IMG/VR virus record: IMGVR_UViG_3300029305_005547
Coordinates: 96,001-160,000 of that record
DNA: 64,000 bases
Source: a virus
Taxonomy: Duplodnaviria; Caudoviricetes
Strand: one strand, 5' to 3'
In this document: piece by piece, positions 40,210 to 49,907 of the stretch
How positions within the stretch are numbered: the stretch's first letter is position 1
Layout of the letters: every line of letters begins with the position of its first letter
Made by a program: the position numbers and the translations under genes
Notes under the pieces: generated by a model
What the model was told of the DNA's origin: nothing
Databases searched by the model: none
What the model saw: only the letters and a program-made list of their open reading frames with translations

Positions 40210-42090
40210 ATGGCGACTACAAGAAAACATATTGAGATGACCCGCATTGATTCAAGCGGTAATCAGGATATATTATATCCAAAGAATACACTCGCCGATG
40301 TCCACACAAGTTCGACATCCGGCGTTACAATTGAAGGAAAGGTAATGTTCTACGGTACTTGTTCTACAGCCGCTGCAACAGCTGCAAAAGTAGCTTCTGC
40401 AACAGGTTTTGTTCTTAAGGCAGGTGCTCATGTTACCGTTAAATTTACAAATGCTATTACTGTAGCAAGTGCTACATTGAACGTAAATAGTACAGGTGCA
40501 AAGGCAATTCATTACGAAGGTGCAGCTTTAAAGGCTAACGTTATTCGTGCTGGCGCTTCTGTTGAGTTCGTTTACGATGGTACTAATTACCTCGTAGTTG
40601 CAGGTGTAAATCCTGCATATGTTGAAAATAAGAATACCACTAAGTTCTACTTACTTGGTACTCCTAATAATGCAGCAGGAATGCCTTCTGCTGAATATTT
40701 TGATACTGGTGTTTATGTAAGTACAACATCAGGTCAGTTAGTTGCAACATCATTCTCTGGTAATGGTTCTGCATTAACAAACTTAAATGCAAGTAATGTT
40801 AAAAGTGGTACATTAGCAGCTGAAAGACTTGCTACATCTGGCGCAACAGCAGGTTCATATGGATCTTCTGCAGATGCAACTGTAGCAGATTCAGGATCAT
40901 TCACTGTGCCTTATGTAACAGTAGATGCATATGGTCGTGTAACAGCAATTAAAAACGTTACTCTTACATTGACAAGTGATGCTAACTCTGATACAAAAGT
41001 TACAAATACCTTGAATACTACAGCTAAAGCTTATATTACAGGTACTACTTCTGCAACAACAAATACTGGTACTCAGGTATTTGATACTGGTGTTTACCTT
41101 GATACAACTGCAGGAAGACTTACTTCCAGCTCTTTACTTACCGGTACATGTTATTTAGGAAGTTCAACTTCTAACTACATTAACGGTACAAACTATACCG
41201 GAACTGCTGCAAAAGTTGGTACACTTTCTGGTTGGTTGATAGATAGTTGTGCTTCTGCAAGTGCTAACGGAGTAACCAATAAGGCGCTTACAGCAAACCA
41301 GGGCTATTTGTTGCAAAATCAGATTGATACACTAAATAGTAATATGAGTAGTTATTTACCTTTATCAGGTGGAACATTAACTGGTACATTAACAAGTAGA
41401 AATGTAACACCTAGTGCTAATGTATCATATTCATTAGGTTCGACAACAAGAGTATGGACAAATTCATTTGTTAAAACCATGTATATATATGATGGTACAA
41501 ATACATCATCTAATTGCGGAAGTTTTGCAGTTTCTAATGTAGGTACAACATCTGCAGAAGGAATAGCATATCTAATGGTTGGTAATGCTACTTCGTCAGG
41601 AACAGCTGGAAATTCTACTGGTAGATTGCGTCTTTATAATAAGTGGGGCGGTTATGCTGATATTATACCAACAGTTAATAGAAGAGATAATTATACTTTA
41701 AAATTACCTGGAGAAGCTGGAGTATTAGTGAGTGACAACACGATAAAACATGTTGTTGGTAGTACTAAGACTGGAAAAGTTAGTACAAATGAAATAGCTG
41801 GGTTGATTGGTGTTGGTGGAGTTATACTTTCTATGCAAGTATTTGCCCAGATAAATGGAAGTACTACTATTGTAGTATCAACGGAAATACCAAGGAAATC
41901 TGACGTTTCAAGAATAAGAGCAGGATATTTTCAAAATATGGGGGTTTCTGATTCTAATGGTGGAGCTGTATATTGGGATATAGATCAAAGTTTTAATATA
42001 TCTTTAGCATATGCCTATTTGAATGGTACTGAGTATTCAACTACAACAAAATGGTGGATTGAATATACTTATATTGACATTGTCTCATAA
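40210..42090 (+). CDS. Complete tail fibre (expression locus): 374-aa constant part plus exchangeable tip starting at LNSN
   Basis: AAAGGAGG RBS; Thr/Ala/Gly-rich fibre repeats, PYVTVDAYGRVT motif; CTAAATAGTAA at 41332-41342 in frame. Confidence 0.92.
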   Translation: MATTRKHIEMTRIDSSGNQDILYPKNTLADVHTSSTSGVTIEGKVMFYGTCSTAAATAAKVASATGFVLKAGAHVTVKFTNAITVASATLNVNSTGAKAIHYEGAALKANVIRAGASVEFVYDGTNYLVVAGVNPAYVENKNTTKFYLLGTPNNAAGMPSAEYFDTGVYVSTTSGQLVATSFSGNGSALTNLNASNVKSGTLAAERLATSGATAGSYGSSADATVADSGSFTVPYVTVDAYGRVTAIKNVTLTLTSDANSDTKVTNTLNTTAKAYITGTTSATTNTGTQVFDTGVYLDTTAGRLTSSSLLTGTCYLGSSTSNYINGTNYTGTAAKVGTLSGWLIDSCASASANGVTNKALTANQGYLLQNQIDTLNSNMSSYLPLSGGTLTGTLTSRNVTPSANVSYSLGSTTRVWTNSFVKTMYIYDGTNTSSNCGSFAVSNVGTTSAEGIAYLMVGNATSSGTAGNSTGRLRLYNKWGGYADIIPTVNRRDNYTLKLPGEAGVLVSDNTIKHVVGSTKTGKVSTNEIAGLIGVGGVILSMQVFAQINGSTTIVVSTEIPRKSDVSRIRAGYFQNMGVSDSNGGAVYWDIDQSFNISLAYAYLNGTEYSTTTKWWIEYTYIDIVS

Positions 42091-42225
42091 TCTATCTAGA
42101 TGATCCATGACTGAAAAGTTAATTACAGAATAAAAAATATGGTATACTATATAGTATACCATATTTTTACTCCGAAAATATCGAGAAAACAAAATATTAA
42201 TGTTGAAAGAAAGGAAATGAAACTC

Positions 42226-42399
42226 ATGAGTATTTTTACAAATTCTGAGAAAAACTTTCTTAGTTCTCTCGGTGATGAAATATTTGTAGAGTCTTCAAAG
42301 TCAGAATGTAAAAAAGTTTTTGATACGGCGTATAAAGTATTGGAAGAACTTGGGTTTACTCCAAATATCGGTAAAAAAGAAAAACTAAAAGTACTATAA
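42226..42399 (+). pseudogene. Apparently truncated late gene (MSIFTNSEK...)
   Basis: Late promoter and AAAGGA RBS, but it stops after 57 codons where the sequence switches to an adhesin-like frame. Confidence 0.45.
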
Positions 42400-42716
42400 A
42401 TACATCAGGAAATCTTATTACATTTAAAGCTCCATGTAAAAATTATAAATATGCTAAAGTTACTCTAGCATATGGTTATTATGCAAATTACGGTGATTTT
42501 AAAATCACTTATACATTACCCGGAGGAAGTACTGTTTCATTAATCGATAAAGCGTATAGTGATGGTCAAAGTGGTGGTATATTAACAAAAACATTTACCA
42601 TAGACACTTCTACATTAGCCAGTGATGATACAAGTACATTTAAAGGAACTCTATATCTATTAAATAGAAGTAGTAATAGTGTATATTGGGGTTTTAATGG
42701 TTGTATTGGAATATAA
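42375..42716 (+). pseudogene. Orphan 3' fragment of an adhesin-like gene
   Basis: Start-less frame TKSTINTSGNLITFKAPCKNYKYAKVTLAYGYY...; followed by TAATGGTTAGTTATA as after cassette 2. Confidence 0.6.
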
Positions 42717-42857
42717 AAAAATTGAATTGACTAACACAGCATAATGGTTAGTTATATTTTTATACAAGAGAAGACAATAAAGTCTTCTCTTGTATTATAT
42801 TTTTATCCATATATTATTATATTAGATAATTCTTAATATAATGAAAGAGGGATAAAA

Positions 42858-43445
42858 ATGAAAATATACATGTTTTATTTTAGAGATAAAGATGTTAATA
42901 GACGATTAGAACCAGTTCTTTATGCATATACGAATAGTAAAGAATTTGCTGAAAGATTTAAAGAATACCGTAATATGGATAAATTTATATGTTATGAAAG
43001 AGAACTTACGAAAGATCAGTTCAAAGACGTAACTAGAACGCATCCATCACAACAACTAACAGAAACAGAATTTGTTACAAAAGATCCAGAATTTCCAACT
43101 AAGAAAATGAATGTAAGTATTGTGTGTACATGGGATGAAGAAAAGGCTGTTATACTTGAAAGTGAAGATAGTGTCTTTAGATTATTTGAAAAACAGATGT
43201 TTGATCCATCTATGTTAAATATGGATATAAAAGGTATATTGTATAAATTTGGATTCTTTACGATATATCAATATTTGTACAATAATATGTACATATATAA
43301 TCCATTAGAAGGGTCTGAATATACTGGTGTGTTCTTTAAAGACGCTATTGCTGGAGACACAATAAGACCAGTTGCTAATATGCAAAATATTCATGCTGAT
43401 CAATTAGCAATGTTCATACATTTATTTGGAGGTACTGTAAAATAA
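42858..43445 (+). CDS. Hypothetical early protein
   Basis: TATATTATT motif, GAGG RBS. Confidence 0.7.
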   Translation: MKIYMFYFRDKDVNRRLEPVLYAYTNSKEFAERFKEYRNMDKFICYERELTKDQFKDVTRTHPSQQLTETEFVTKDPEFPTKKMNVSIVCTWDEEKAVILESEDSVFRLFEKQMFDPSMLNMDIKGILYKFGFFTIYQYLYNNMYIYNPLEGSEYTGVFFKDAIAGDTIRPVANMQNIHADQLAMFIHLFGGTVK

Positions 43446-43483
43446 TATGAAGGAAGACTATACAAATAGTCTTCCTTCTTTTT

Positions 43484-44803
43484 TTATTCATCTAAGTTAT
43501 CTACAAATTGAAATGTGAGATCTTCATCTCTATCAATAGTAATAAGCTTACGCTCTTTAGTAGATAAATCTTCATTAATCGATAATCCATATAAAGTATC
43601 TAAATCATCAGATACTGTAAATAAAACAAAATTATCATTTTCATAGTTCAGGATAGTTAACATATTATTTTCGTTATTATTCTTGATATTTGCAATCAGA
43701 ATTTTACAATCAAGTTCAGCCTGAATATACATCTTGAACTGATCGTCTATAACGAAATTAACTTTAACATTATCCCCTTTATCAATATATGATTTAACCG
43801 AGTCTGAATTAAATCTAAGTAAATCAGATTTTAATTTTTCCATATTCCCTGTAAGTGATCTGAAAATACCGGAATCACCGAAAACTGTAATATCAGACTC
43901 AGATTTACCCGAAAATTCGGGAGTAAAAATTTCAATATCAGAAGTATTTTCAAAGAAAGGTGTACATATAGCATTTTCAGATACTTTCTTTACAAATCCT
44001 GTTTTGTAAAGATGTAATGCTAATGTAACATCTTTTGCTTTTATTTCTAAATTTTCATTTTTGTTGTCACCATTTCTTCCATGAATAAATAACAGAACAA
44101 ATGGATCAGCAGCGTCATTAGATCCACGAATCAGATCAACATCAAAATTGTAAAGTTCGTAAAGTGACGATAACACATATGCGAAATCATTCGAATCCAT
44201 AGGTTTACAGAATCTCGTGTATTCTAACAACTTAAAGAAGTAATTAAAGAATGACTCTGTTAAAGTATACTCTTCTTTACTTCCCATGTATTTATATAAT
44301 AACATACATGTTCTTACACAAGGTTCCAAAATGGATTCTAATAAAAATCTTGATATCGTTTCATAATCTTTTTTTGAATGATAATTCCACATAAACATGA
44401 TATATTTCTTTACGAAGTAGCATATTTTGTAATACAGTTCTCTCACATTATCAATAGAACCTATTGTCAATGTTGAAAGATAGGTATCGAAATTCCAAAT
44501 GAATTTACCTTCATTAGTAGCTTCCTTATAACTAGGAAGTGGCTTTAATAAAGGATTATTAATCCATTTTAATCTGATATCATCAATATGCTTTGTATTT
44601 GCAACAATAAGACCATTATCATCTCTCATAAGTGGTACTTTACCATCTAATCCAAAATGGTCTTTATTCTCAATAATTATTCTTTGAACTTGGAAAGGGA
44701 GTATTGAAAATACTTTTCCCAAAAACAAAGCATCATTTTTATCAATAGAACCATTAGAGAAAGATTTTAATCTATCTCCATAATCTTGTCTTATTAAATT
44801 CAT
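43484..44803 (-). CDS. Hypothetical protein
   Basis: 439-aa ORF with AAAGGA RBS. Confidence 0.7.
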   Translation of the reverse strand: MNLIRQDYGDRLKSFSNGSIDKNDALFLGKVFSILPFQVQRIIIENKDHFGLDGKVPLMRDDNGLIVANTKHIDDIRLKWINNPLLKPLPSYKEATNEGKFIWNFDTYLSTLTIGSIDNVRELYYKICYFVKKYIMFMWNYHSKKDYETISRFLLESILEPCVRTCMLLYKYMGSKEEYTLTESFFNYFFKLLEYTRFCKPMDSNDFAYVLSSLYELYNFDVDLIRGSNDAADPFVLLFIHGRNGDNKNENLEIKAKDVTLALHLYKTGFVKKVSENAICTPFFENTSDIEIFTPEFSGKSESDITVFGDSGIFRSLTGNMEKLKSDLLRFNSDSVKSYIDKGDNVKVNFVIDDQFKMYIQAELDCKILIANIKNNNENNMLTILNYENDNFVLFTVSDDLDTLYGLSINEDLSTKERKLITIDRDEDLTFQFVDNLDE

Positions 44804-44817
44804 AATAGTTTTCCTTT

Positions 44818-45615
44818 CTAAGGCATGAAGATTTTTTCAACTTCATCATTTAAAAATTTCTGTTTTGCAACTAATAAATAGTTAAGAAACTTTACATGAT
44901 TCTTATCTTCAATCTTAACGTAATTAAACGTATTTTTATTTGATTTCATAACAGCATCTTTAAGTTTTTCTTTAACCTTATCGACATCCTGAATCTTATG
45001 ATGGGTGTTAGGGTTACTACCACCATCTTTAATTTCAACTTCAAGATTTAATGAAGGAATAAAAAAATCTGGGATATAAAAATGCTTTTCTCCGTTATAC
45101 TCATAATAATACGTATGAGGAGACGGAGAAATAATATCCCTAGGATTAAAATGAAGATCCAAATCAAGAAATTCCAAAAACGCTTTTTCATAACTCCCCG
45201 TATAAGGAATTTTAATTCTTGGATCATCACTCCACGGATATATACCGGAAATCTTTCTATTTGCAAGCATTTTCTTTTGGTGTTCAGGATCGTTGAGTAA
45301 AGTAACTTTCCCATACTTGCCAATCATTCTTTCTTTAAATATTTCTTTATATTTCTCCTTACAACGAGGATCATTACAAAATCTATTGTATTTATGTGTA
45401 GTTTCATTCCAATCGGTTTCTTCTTTACACATAACACAACTACCTTTAAGTTTTCCAGTCTTTTGATAGTAATAATATCTCCACCCTGAGAAATCAACAG
45501 GAAGAAAATCTTCGTGTTCGGTTTCTAAATGAATTGTATATGCATCAGGGTCTAAAAAATAAGTATCACAAAACTGGCAATGAATTTTTCTTCTATTTCT
45601 CATTTTCGTTGCCAT
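44818..45615 (-). CDS. Zn-finger plus PD-(D/E)XK (TnsA/head-completion-like) nuclease
   Basis: CQFC...H...H, CVMC, C...C; YEKAF...HFYIPDFFIPSLNLEVEIKD. Confidence 0.7.
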   Translation of the reverse strand: MATKMRNRRKIHCQFCDTYFLDPDAYTIHLETEHEDFLPVDFSGWRYYYYQKTGKLKGSCVMCKEETDWNETTHKYNRFCNDPRCKEKYKEIFKERMIGKYGKVTLLNDPEHQKKMLANRKISGIYPWSDDPRIKIPYTGSYEKAFLEFLDLDLHFNPRDIISPSPHTYYYEYNGEKHFYIPDFFIPSLNLEVEIKDGGSNPNTHHKIQDVDKVKEKLKDAVMKSNKNTFNYVKIEDKNHVKFLNYLLVAKQKFLNDEVEKIFMP

Positions 45616-45785
45616 AGTTGTTACCAGCCTTTCATAAATTCATTAAAATATTGTCGTCTATACTTTATTATTATATCTATTTTTTTTATAGTGAAATTCT
45701 TAAAATAAACTAAATCTATATCAATCACAATACTATAAGTACATATGTTTTAATATTCTAAATATTAAAGAAAGGAAATAACAAC

Positions 45786-46928
45786 ATGGAATTTCAAGAA
45801 TTGAAATACTTGGCTTTAGAATCAGCTGGTTATATTACAGAAGATGATTCATTATTTTTAGCAGAAGAAAAATCAATTGAAGACGTTGTTCTTGATAATA
45901 AAAAAGCTTTTGTAGTTGGTGGTGTTATTACTGCTATAGGTGCAGTATCTGCTGGAATTGCAGCTTTTATTCGCGACAAAAAAGCTAAAGATGTCATAAA
46001 GTCACATTCTGAACTTAAAGACATTGATGAGAAAATTAAAAAATCTAAAGATACTATCAAATCCCTTAAGAAAAATCTCAATTCTGATATATGGAAATAT
46101 GCAAAATTATCTACTGACGCGGATAGACTTGCGGATTTATTTGGTGCTAAAACTAAACAGGTTTATGATGGTTTCTATAAATATGATGAAACCATAGTTA
46201 ATAGATATAGAACTGAGGCTAATCCTGATTTTGATCCTAAGAAGGCTGCTGAATGGAAGAAAACAAGTGATGATGCTATGGAATGCATTTCTCGTATTAA
46301 GGATGGTAAGAAAACTTTAAAAGCGGAATTTTCAAATCTTAAGACATATCACAAGGAATTGAAAAGTCTTGCAAGAAAGTATGCAACAGCTACTCCTGAA
46401 GCTACAGAAAGATTAATTTCTTGTGTAGACAAATCTATTGAAGAAATAGATAAGTGTATATCATCAATAGATGATTTTATCAATAGTAATGAAAAATTAC
46501 TAGAGTCTGCAGATGAAATAAAGTTATCTATTTTTGAATCTCATCGTTCAGGAGATATTACTGACGAAGAAAAAACTGAATTATTGGCTTTAGTTCAGGA
46601 AGGTGTGATTGATAAAATCAAATCTAAATTTAATAAGAAAAATAATTCCTCTACCACGGATACTAATAATAATATTCCATCTATAAAAGATGAAATATCA
46701 CGTTTAAAAGAAGTAAAATCCGAAACAAAAAGTGATATTGATAAAATTAATGAAGCAAAGCAAAAACTTCTGGATGCAAAAAACAAGATGAATACAAGTA
46801 AAAATGTATCACCTGTTATTGAATCTTCAATGTCAGTTAATTCATTAAAACTTGAAATTTATGAGTCTTGTCATACAGGTGACATTACCAAAGAAGAAAG
46901 AGATATTCTTCTTGATATGGTTGAGTAA
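45786..46928 (+). CDS. Probable inner-head protein with two KLxI(F/Y)ES motifs
   Basis: IKLSIFESHRSGDITDEEK and LKLEIYESCHTGDITKEERDILL; late promoter. Confidence 0.6.
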   Translation: MEFQELKYLALESAGYITEDDSLFLAEEKSIEDVVLDNKKAFVVGGVITAIGAVSAGIAAFIRDKKAKDVIKSHSELKDIDEKIKKSKDTIKSLKKNLNSDIWKYAKLSTDADRLADLFGAKTKQVYDGFYKYDETIVNRYRTEANPDFDPKKAAEWKKTSDDAMECISRIKDGKKTLKAEFSNLKTYHKELKSLARKYATATPEATERLISCVDKSIEEIDKCISSIDDFINSNEKLLESADEIKLSIFESHRSGDITDEEKTELLALVQEGVIDKIKSKFNKKNNSSTTDTNNNIPSIKDEISRLKEVKSETKSDIDKINEAKQKLLDAKNKMNTSKNVSPVIESSMSVNSLKLEIYESCHTGDITKEERDILLDMVE

Positions 46929-46975
46929 AGGATTTGATGCGCTACTGTAGTTGAAGATATTAGGTAGGGGGTTGG

Positions 46976-47055
46976 ACGGAATTTAGTTAAGTAAAATTTC
47001 TGTAAGTCTCGATATTTCTCGGGACTTACAGATTCTTTATTTAGCTAAATAGTAA
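46976..47055 (+). repeat. 80-bp cassette repeat, copy 9
   Basis: Direct match. Confidence 0.97.
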
Positions 47056-47413
47056 CGCATCTGTTATTGGAGATATATTTACATCATATGGACAAATGAC
47101 ATGTGTTGGAAGTGAAGGTGGTGGAACTGGAAGTACAAGTACAAATGTAAATGACATACCTAATGGTATTTACTGCGCAATTATCACAGTTGAAGCATGG
47201 GTTGGACAAAATACAAACGTACAAATAAATTCTAATGGCATCAATACCAATAATACATTTATGTATGCATATCAGACAGGAAGAAATACAATTCAGCATG
47301 TATCTATAGTAAATATAACTAACGGCATATTTACAATTTATTTATTTCATAATGATTCTGTAAGTGAGGCACGTGCATTTAATTGGCGCGTTACATTAGT
47401 ACGTATAAAATAA
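47045..47413 (+). CDS. Silent tail-fibre tip cassette 9
   Basis: In frame LNSNASVIGDIFTSYGQMTCVG... Confidence 0.8.
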   Translation, partial: LNSNASVIGDIFTSYGQMTCVGSEGGGTGSTSTNVNDIPNGIYCAIITVEAWVGQNTNVQINSNGINTNNTFMYAYQTGRNTIQHVSIVNITNGIFTIYLFHNDSVSEARAFNWRVTLVRIK

Positions 47414-47516
47414 ATTACAATATATTATGAAGAGAATACAATATGTATTCTCTTCATAATTTTCAATAATTTATTATCTAAAATACACTTGAATAAGAAA
47501 GGATTGGTAATATATC

Positions 47517-47936
47517 ATGGCTATAGATCCTGGATTTGGAACCGATAATTTCGGTAATCCTAAAATGTATTCAGAAACAGAAACACTGGCAAAAAATATT
47601 TTAACAGTGTTATTTGGTAAAAAAGGAGCATATCCTACATTACCTAATCTTGGAATGGATGTCGCTAGATACGTTTTAACTATGTTTGATGAAATAAAAG
47701 AAGATGATCTTAAAACTGAATTAGTTCAGAATTGTTCATCTTTTTCTGGTGTAGTTAACAACGGAGATTTTGATGTCATAAAGACAATTCTCAAAGATCA
47801 GTATGGTAATGATGCTCCTACTATTTTATTTAAAATTCCTACTATGATAAAAAATGTAAGTAGGAGTCTTATCATTGGAATTACTGCATCCAATAACCAA
47901 GTAGAATATAATTTTAATTGGAGTACGGATGTGTAA
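47517..47936 (+). CDS. gp25-like baseplate protein
   Basis: NILTVLFGKKGAYPTLPNLG matches the gp25 ..L.T.KG.....P.FG pattern. Confidence 0.65.
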   Translation: MAIDPGFGTDNFGNPKMYSETETLAKNILTVLFGKKGAYPTLPNLGMDVARYVLTMFDEIKEDDLKTELVQNCSSFSGVVNNGDFDVIKTILKDQYGNDAPTILFKIPTMIKNVSRSLIIGITASNNQVEYNFNWSTDV

Positions 47937-47967
47937 TACATAACAAAAAAGAAAGGAAACTAAAATT

Positions 47968-49686
47968 ATGAGTGAAACAAAAATAACTCAGAATAGTAAT
48001 CTGGATGTAGCTGCCCTTTTCCAGACTGCTAAAGGAAATGCAAATTCAGAAGAACCAATAGCTACACCTAGTGCAGCTGTTAATAAAACACCTTTACAGA
48101 TGATGCAGGAGCGTCAGGGAAAAGGTGTTCCTATCGTAAATAATAATGATGATGGTCCTAAACGTGGTGGTTCTATGACTGATGAAAGAATCGACAGTGT
48201 TCAGAAGACTATGAATGACATGGATGAACTTGCTGAAAAAGCAAGACTTGTAGGAATTACTAAGCGTCCAGAAACTGACCTTGAAATGGCTGAACTCGTT
48301 GACAGATTGGATAAACTTGATATCGATGATCTTAGAGCTGCAAATCAGGAAGCTGCAGTTGAAGACGGAGATAATGTAGTTCAGTCCAGTGACGTTATTG
48401 GATCAGATATTTCTGCAGATACAATTATTGCTGGTGAACAGCGTAATATTGACAATTCAGGTTTATTTGTACCTGCTTCTGCAGTTAAAGAAAATGCTGG
48501 TGAAAACAAGCCTGAAACCCCTGTAGCTGCTCTTACAAATGCAGAAGATACTTCAAAGGTATCTGTACTGATCGAGAAAGAAGCTACTAAAGAAGGAGAT
48601 AGAACTGTAGTTGAGTTTACTCCTGAAGAAAGAGAAAAGATGAGTGTTGCTAAGCAAATTGAACTCATCACAGTTAATACAATTAATATTAATACCGGTA
48701 AAGTTGTTAAGCCGGATGAAAACTTTTTAAAAGATTTCACGAGTCAGGTTCGTAAGTCTATCGGAGTATCTGCACTGATGACATTTGTAGCATCCAGATT
48801 CAGAGTGACTTTACGTGGTCTTACTTTCGGTGAATATATGGATTTGGCATTATCAGCAGATATTACAGAGGTTGAAACTTTAACAAAGAAACTTTCTGTA
48901 ATTTATAATGCAATTATCAATTCATCAATTGGTATGTTTACAAGTTTTGATGATTTCCTTCGTAATTTTGCATTCAAGGATGTGTCTCTTGGAACATATG
49001 GTCTTTACATTGCTACAAATCCTGAATCTCTTGAACTTGGTTTGCTTTGTGGAGTTGATTCTTGTAAGAAGAATTTCTCTGTAGGATTCAATCCTCGTAA
49101 TCTTCTTATTACTAAGAGACTCAGTCCTCGTTTTATTGAGATCATGGAAACTGCAGGTAGCCTTGATGGTGAAGAAGCTGTTAAATATCACAATGATTCT
49201 TCTATTATTACAAAGCAGATCATTGAACTCCCTGGAACCGGTGTAGGACTTGAAATTGGTAACAGATCATGTTATGATATGATTCATTCAGTACTTCCGT
49301 TTATTAATGATATTGAAGCTATTATGAATGAGAAGCATCCGGATGATACCAATAAGGTTCGTGAAATTATTACTTATGTAACTAATTACGTAAGTGCAAT
49401 CTACTTCAAGGATGAAAACCAGGAATACACCATCCGTGAAGATAATATCGAAAATATCGTTGAAGTTCTTTATAACGTACCTCTTACTGATTATGAGATC
49501 ATCTCTGCTATTATGAATCAGACCGACGAAGATTACGCATACTCATTCGGTGTACAGAATGTAGTTTGTCCTAGTTGTGGTAATGTAACGGAGGTTGTCG
49601 CTGTTGACATTGATGAAGAGGTTTTTCGTCAGTTCCAGGAACTGGGCAGTACGCGAATCGACAAAAAGAGTTTACCGCGTCTCTAG
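47968..49686 (+). CDS. Baseplate-hub/tail assembly chaperone-like protein with Zn ligands; probable -1 frameshift extension to 49874
   Basis: CGVDSC and CPSCG; overlapping start-less -1 frame 49617-49874. Confidence 0.6.
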   Translation: MSETKITQNSNLDVAALFQTAKGNANSEEPIATPSAAVNKTPLQMMQERQGKGVPIVNNNDDGPKRGGSMTDERIDSVQKTMNDMDELAEKARLVGITKRPETDLEMAELVDRLDKLDIDDLRAANQEAAVEDGDNVVQSSDVIGSDISADTIIAGEQRNIDNSGLFVPASAVKENAGENKPETPVAALTNAEDTSKVSVLIEKEATKEGDRTVVEFTPEEREKMSVAKQIELITVNTININTGKVVKPDENFLKDFTSQVRKSIGVSALMTFVASRFRVTLRGLTFGEYMDLALSADITEVETLTKKLSVIYNAIINSSIGMFTSFDDFLRNFAFKDVSLGTYGLYIATNPESLELGLLCGVDSCKKNFSVGFNPRNLLITKRLSPRFIEIMETAGSLDGEEAVKYHNDSSIITKQIIELPGTGVGLEIGNRSCYDMIHSVLPFINDIEAIMNEKHPDDTNKVREIITYVTNYVSAIYFKDENQEYTIREDNIENIVEVLYNVPLTDYEIISAIMNQTDEDYAYSFGVQNVVCPSCGNVTEVVAVDIDEEVFRQFQELGSTRIDKKSLPRL

Positions 49687-49907
49687 AAAATTTTCTAGAA
49701 TTTTTTAAGGGATCTCTTACATTAGATGATATCCTTAATAAATTGCCTTATAAAACGTTACTTGGTTTACGAGATGCCAAGTTAAAACGCCTGGAAGAAG
49801 AACAAAAACACCAAAAAGAACTTGAAAACAATCAACGTTCAATGAATATTCAAAATGCAATTCTTACTAAGTAAGAAAAAAATAAATGATGTTGAGGTAG
49901 AAAAATA

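Noticed and set aside
40210-42090. Diversity-generating retroelement
   Set aside because: No reverse transcriptase in the window and no template/variable pair differing only at adenines; the tips are different domains.
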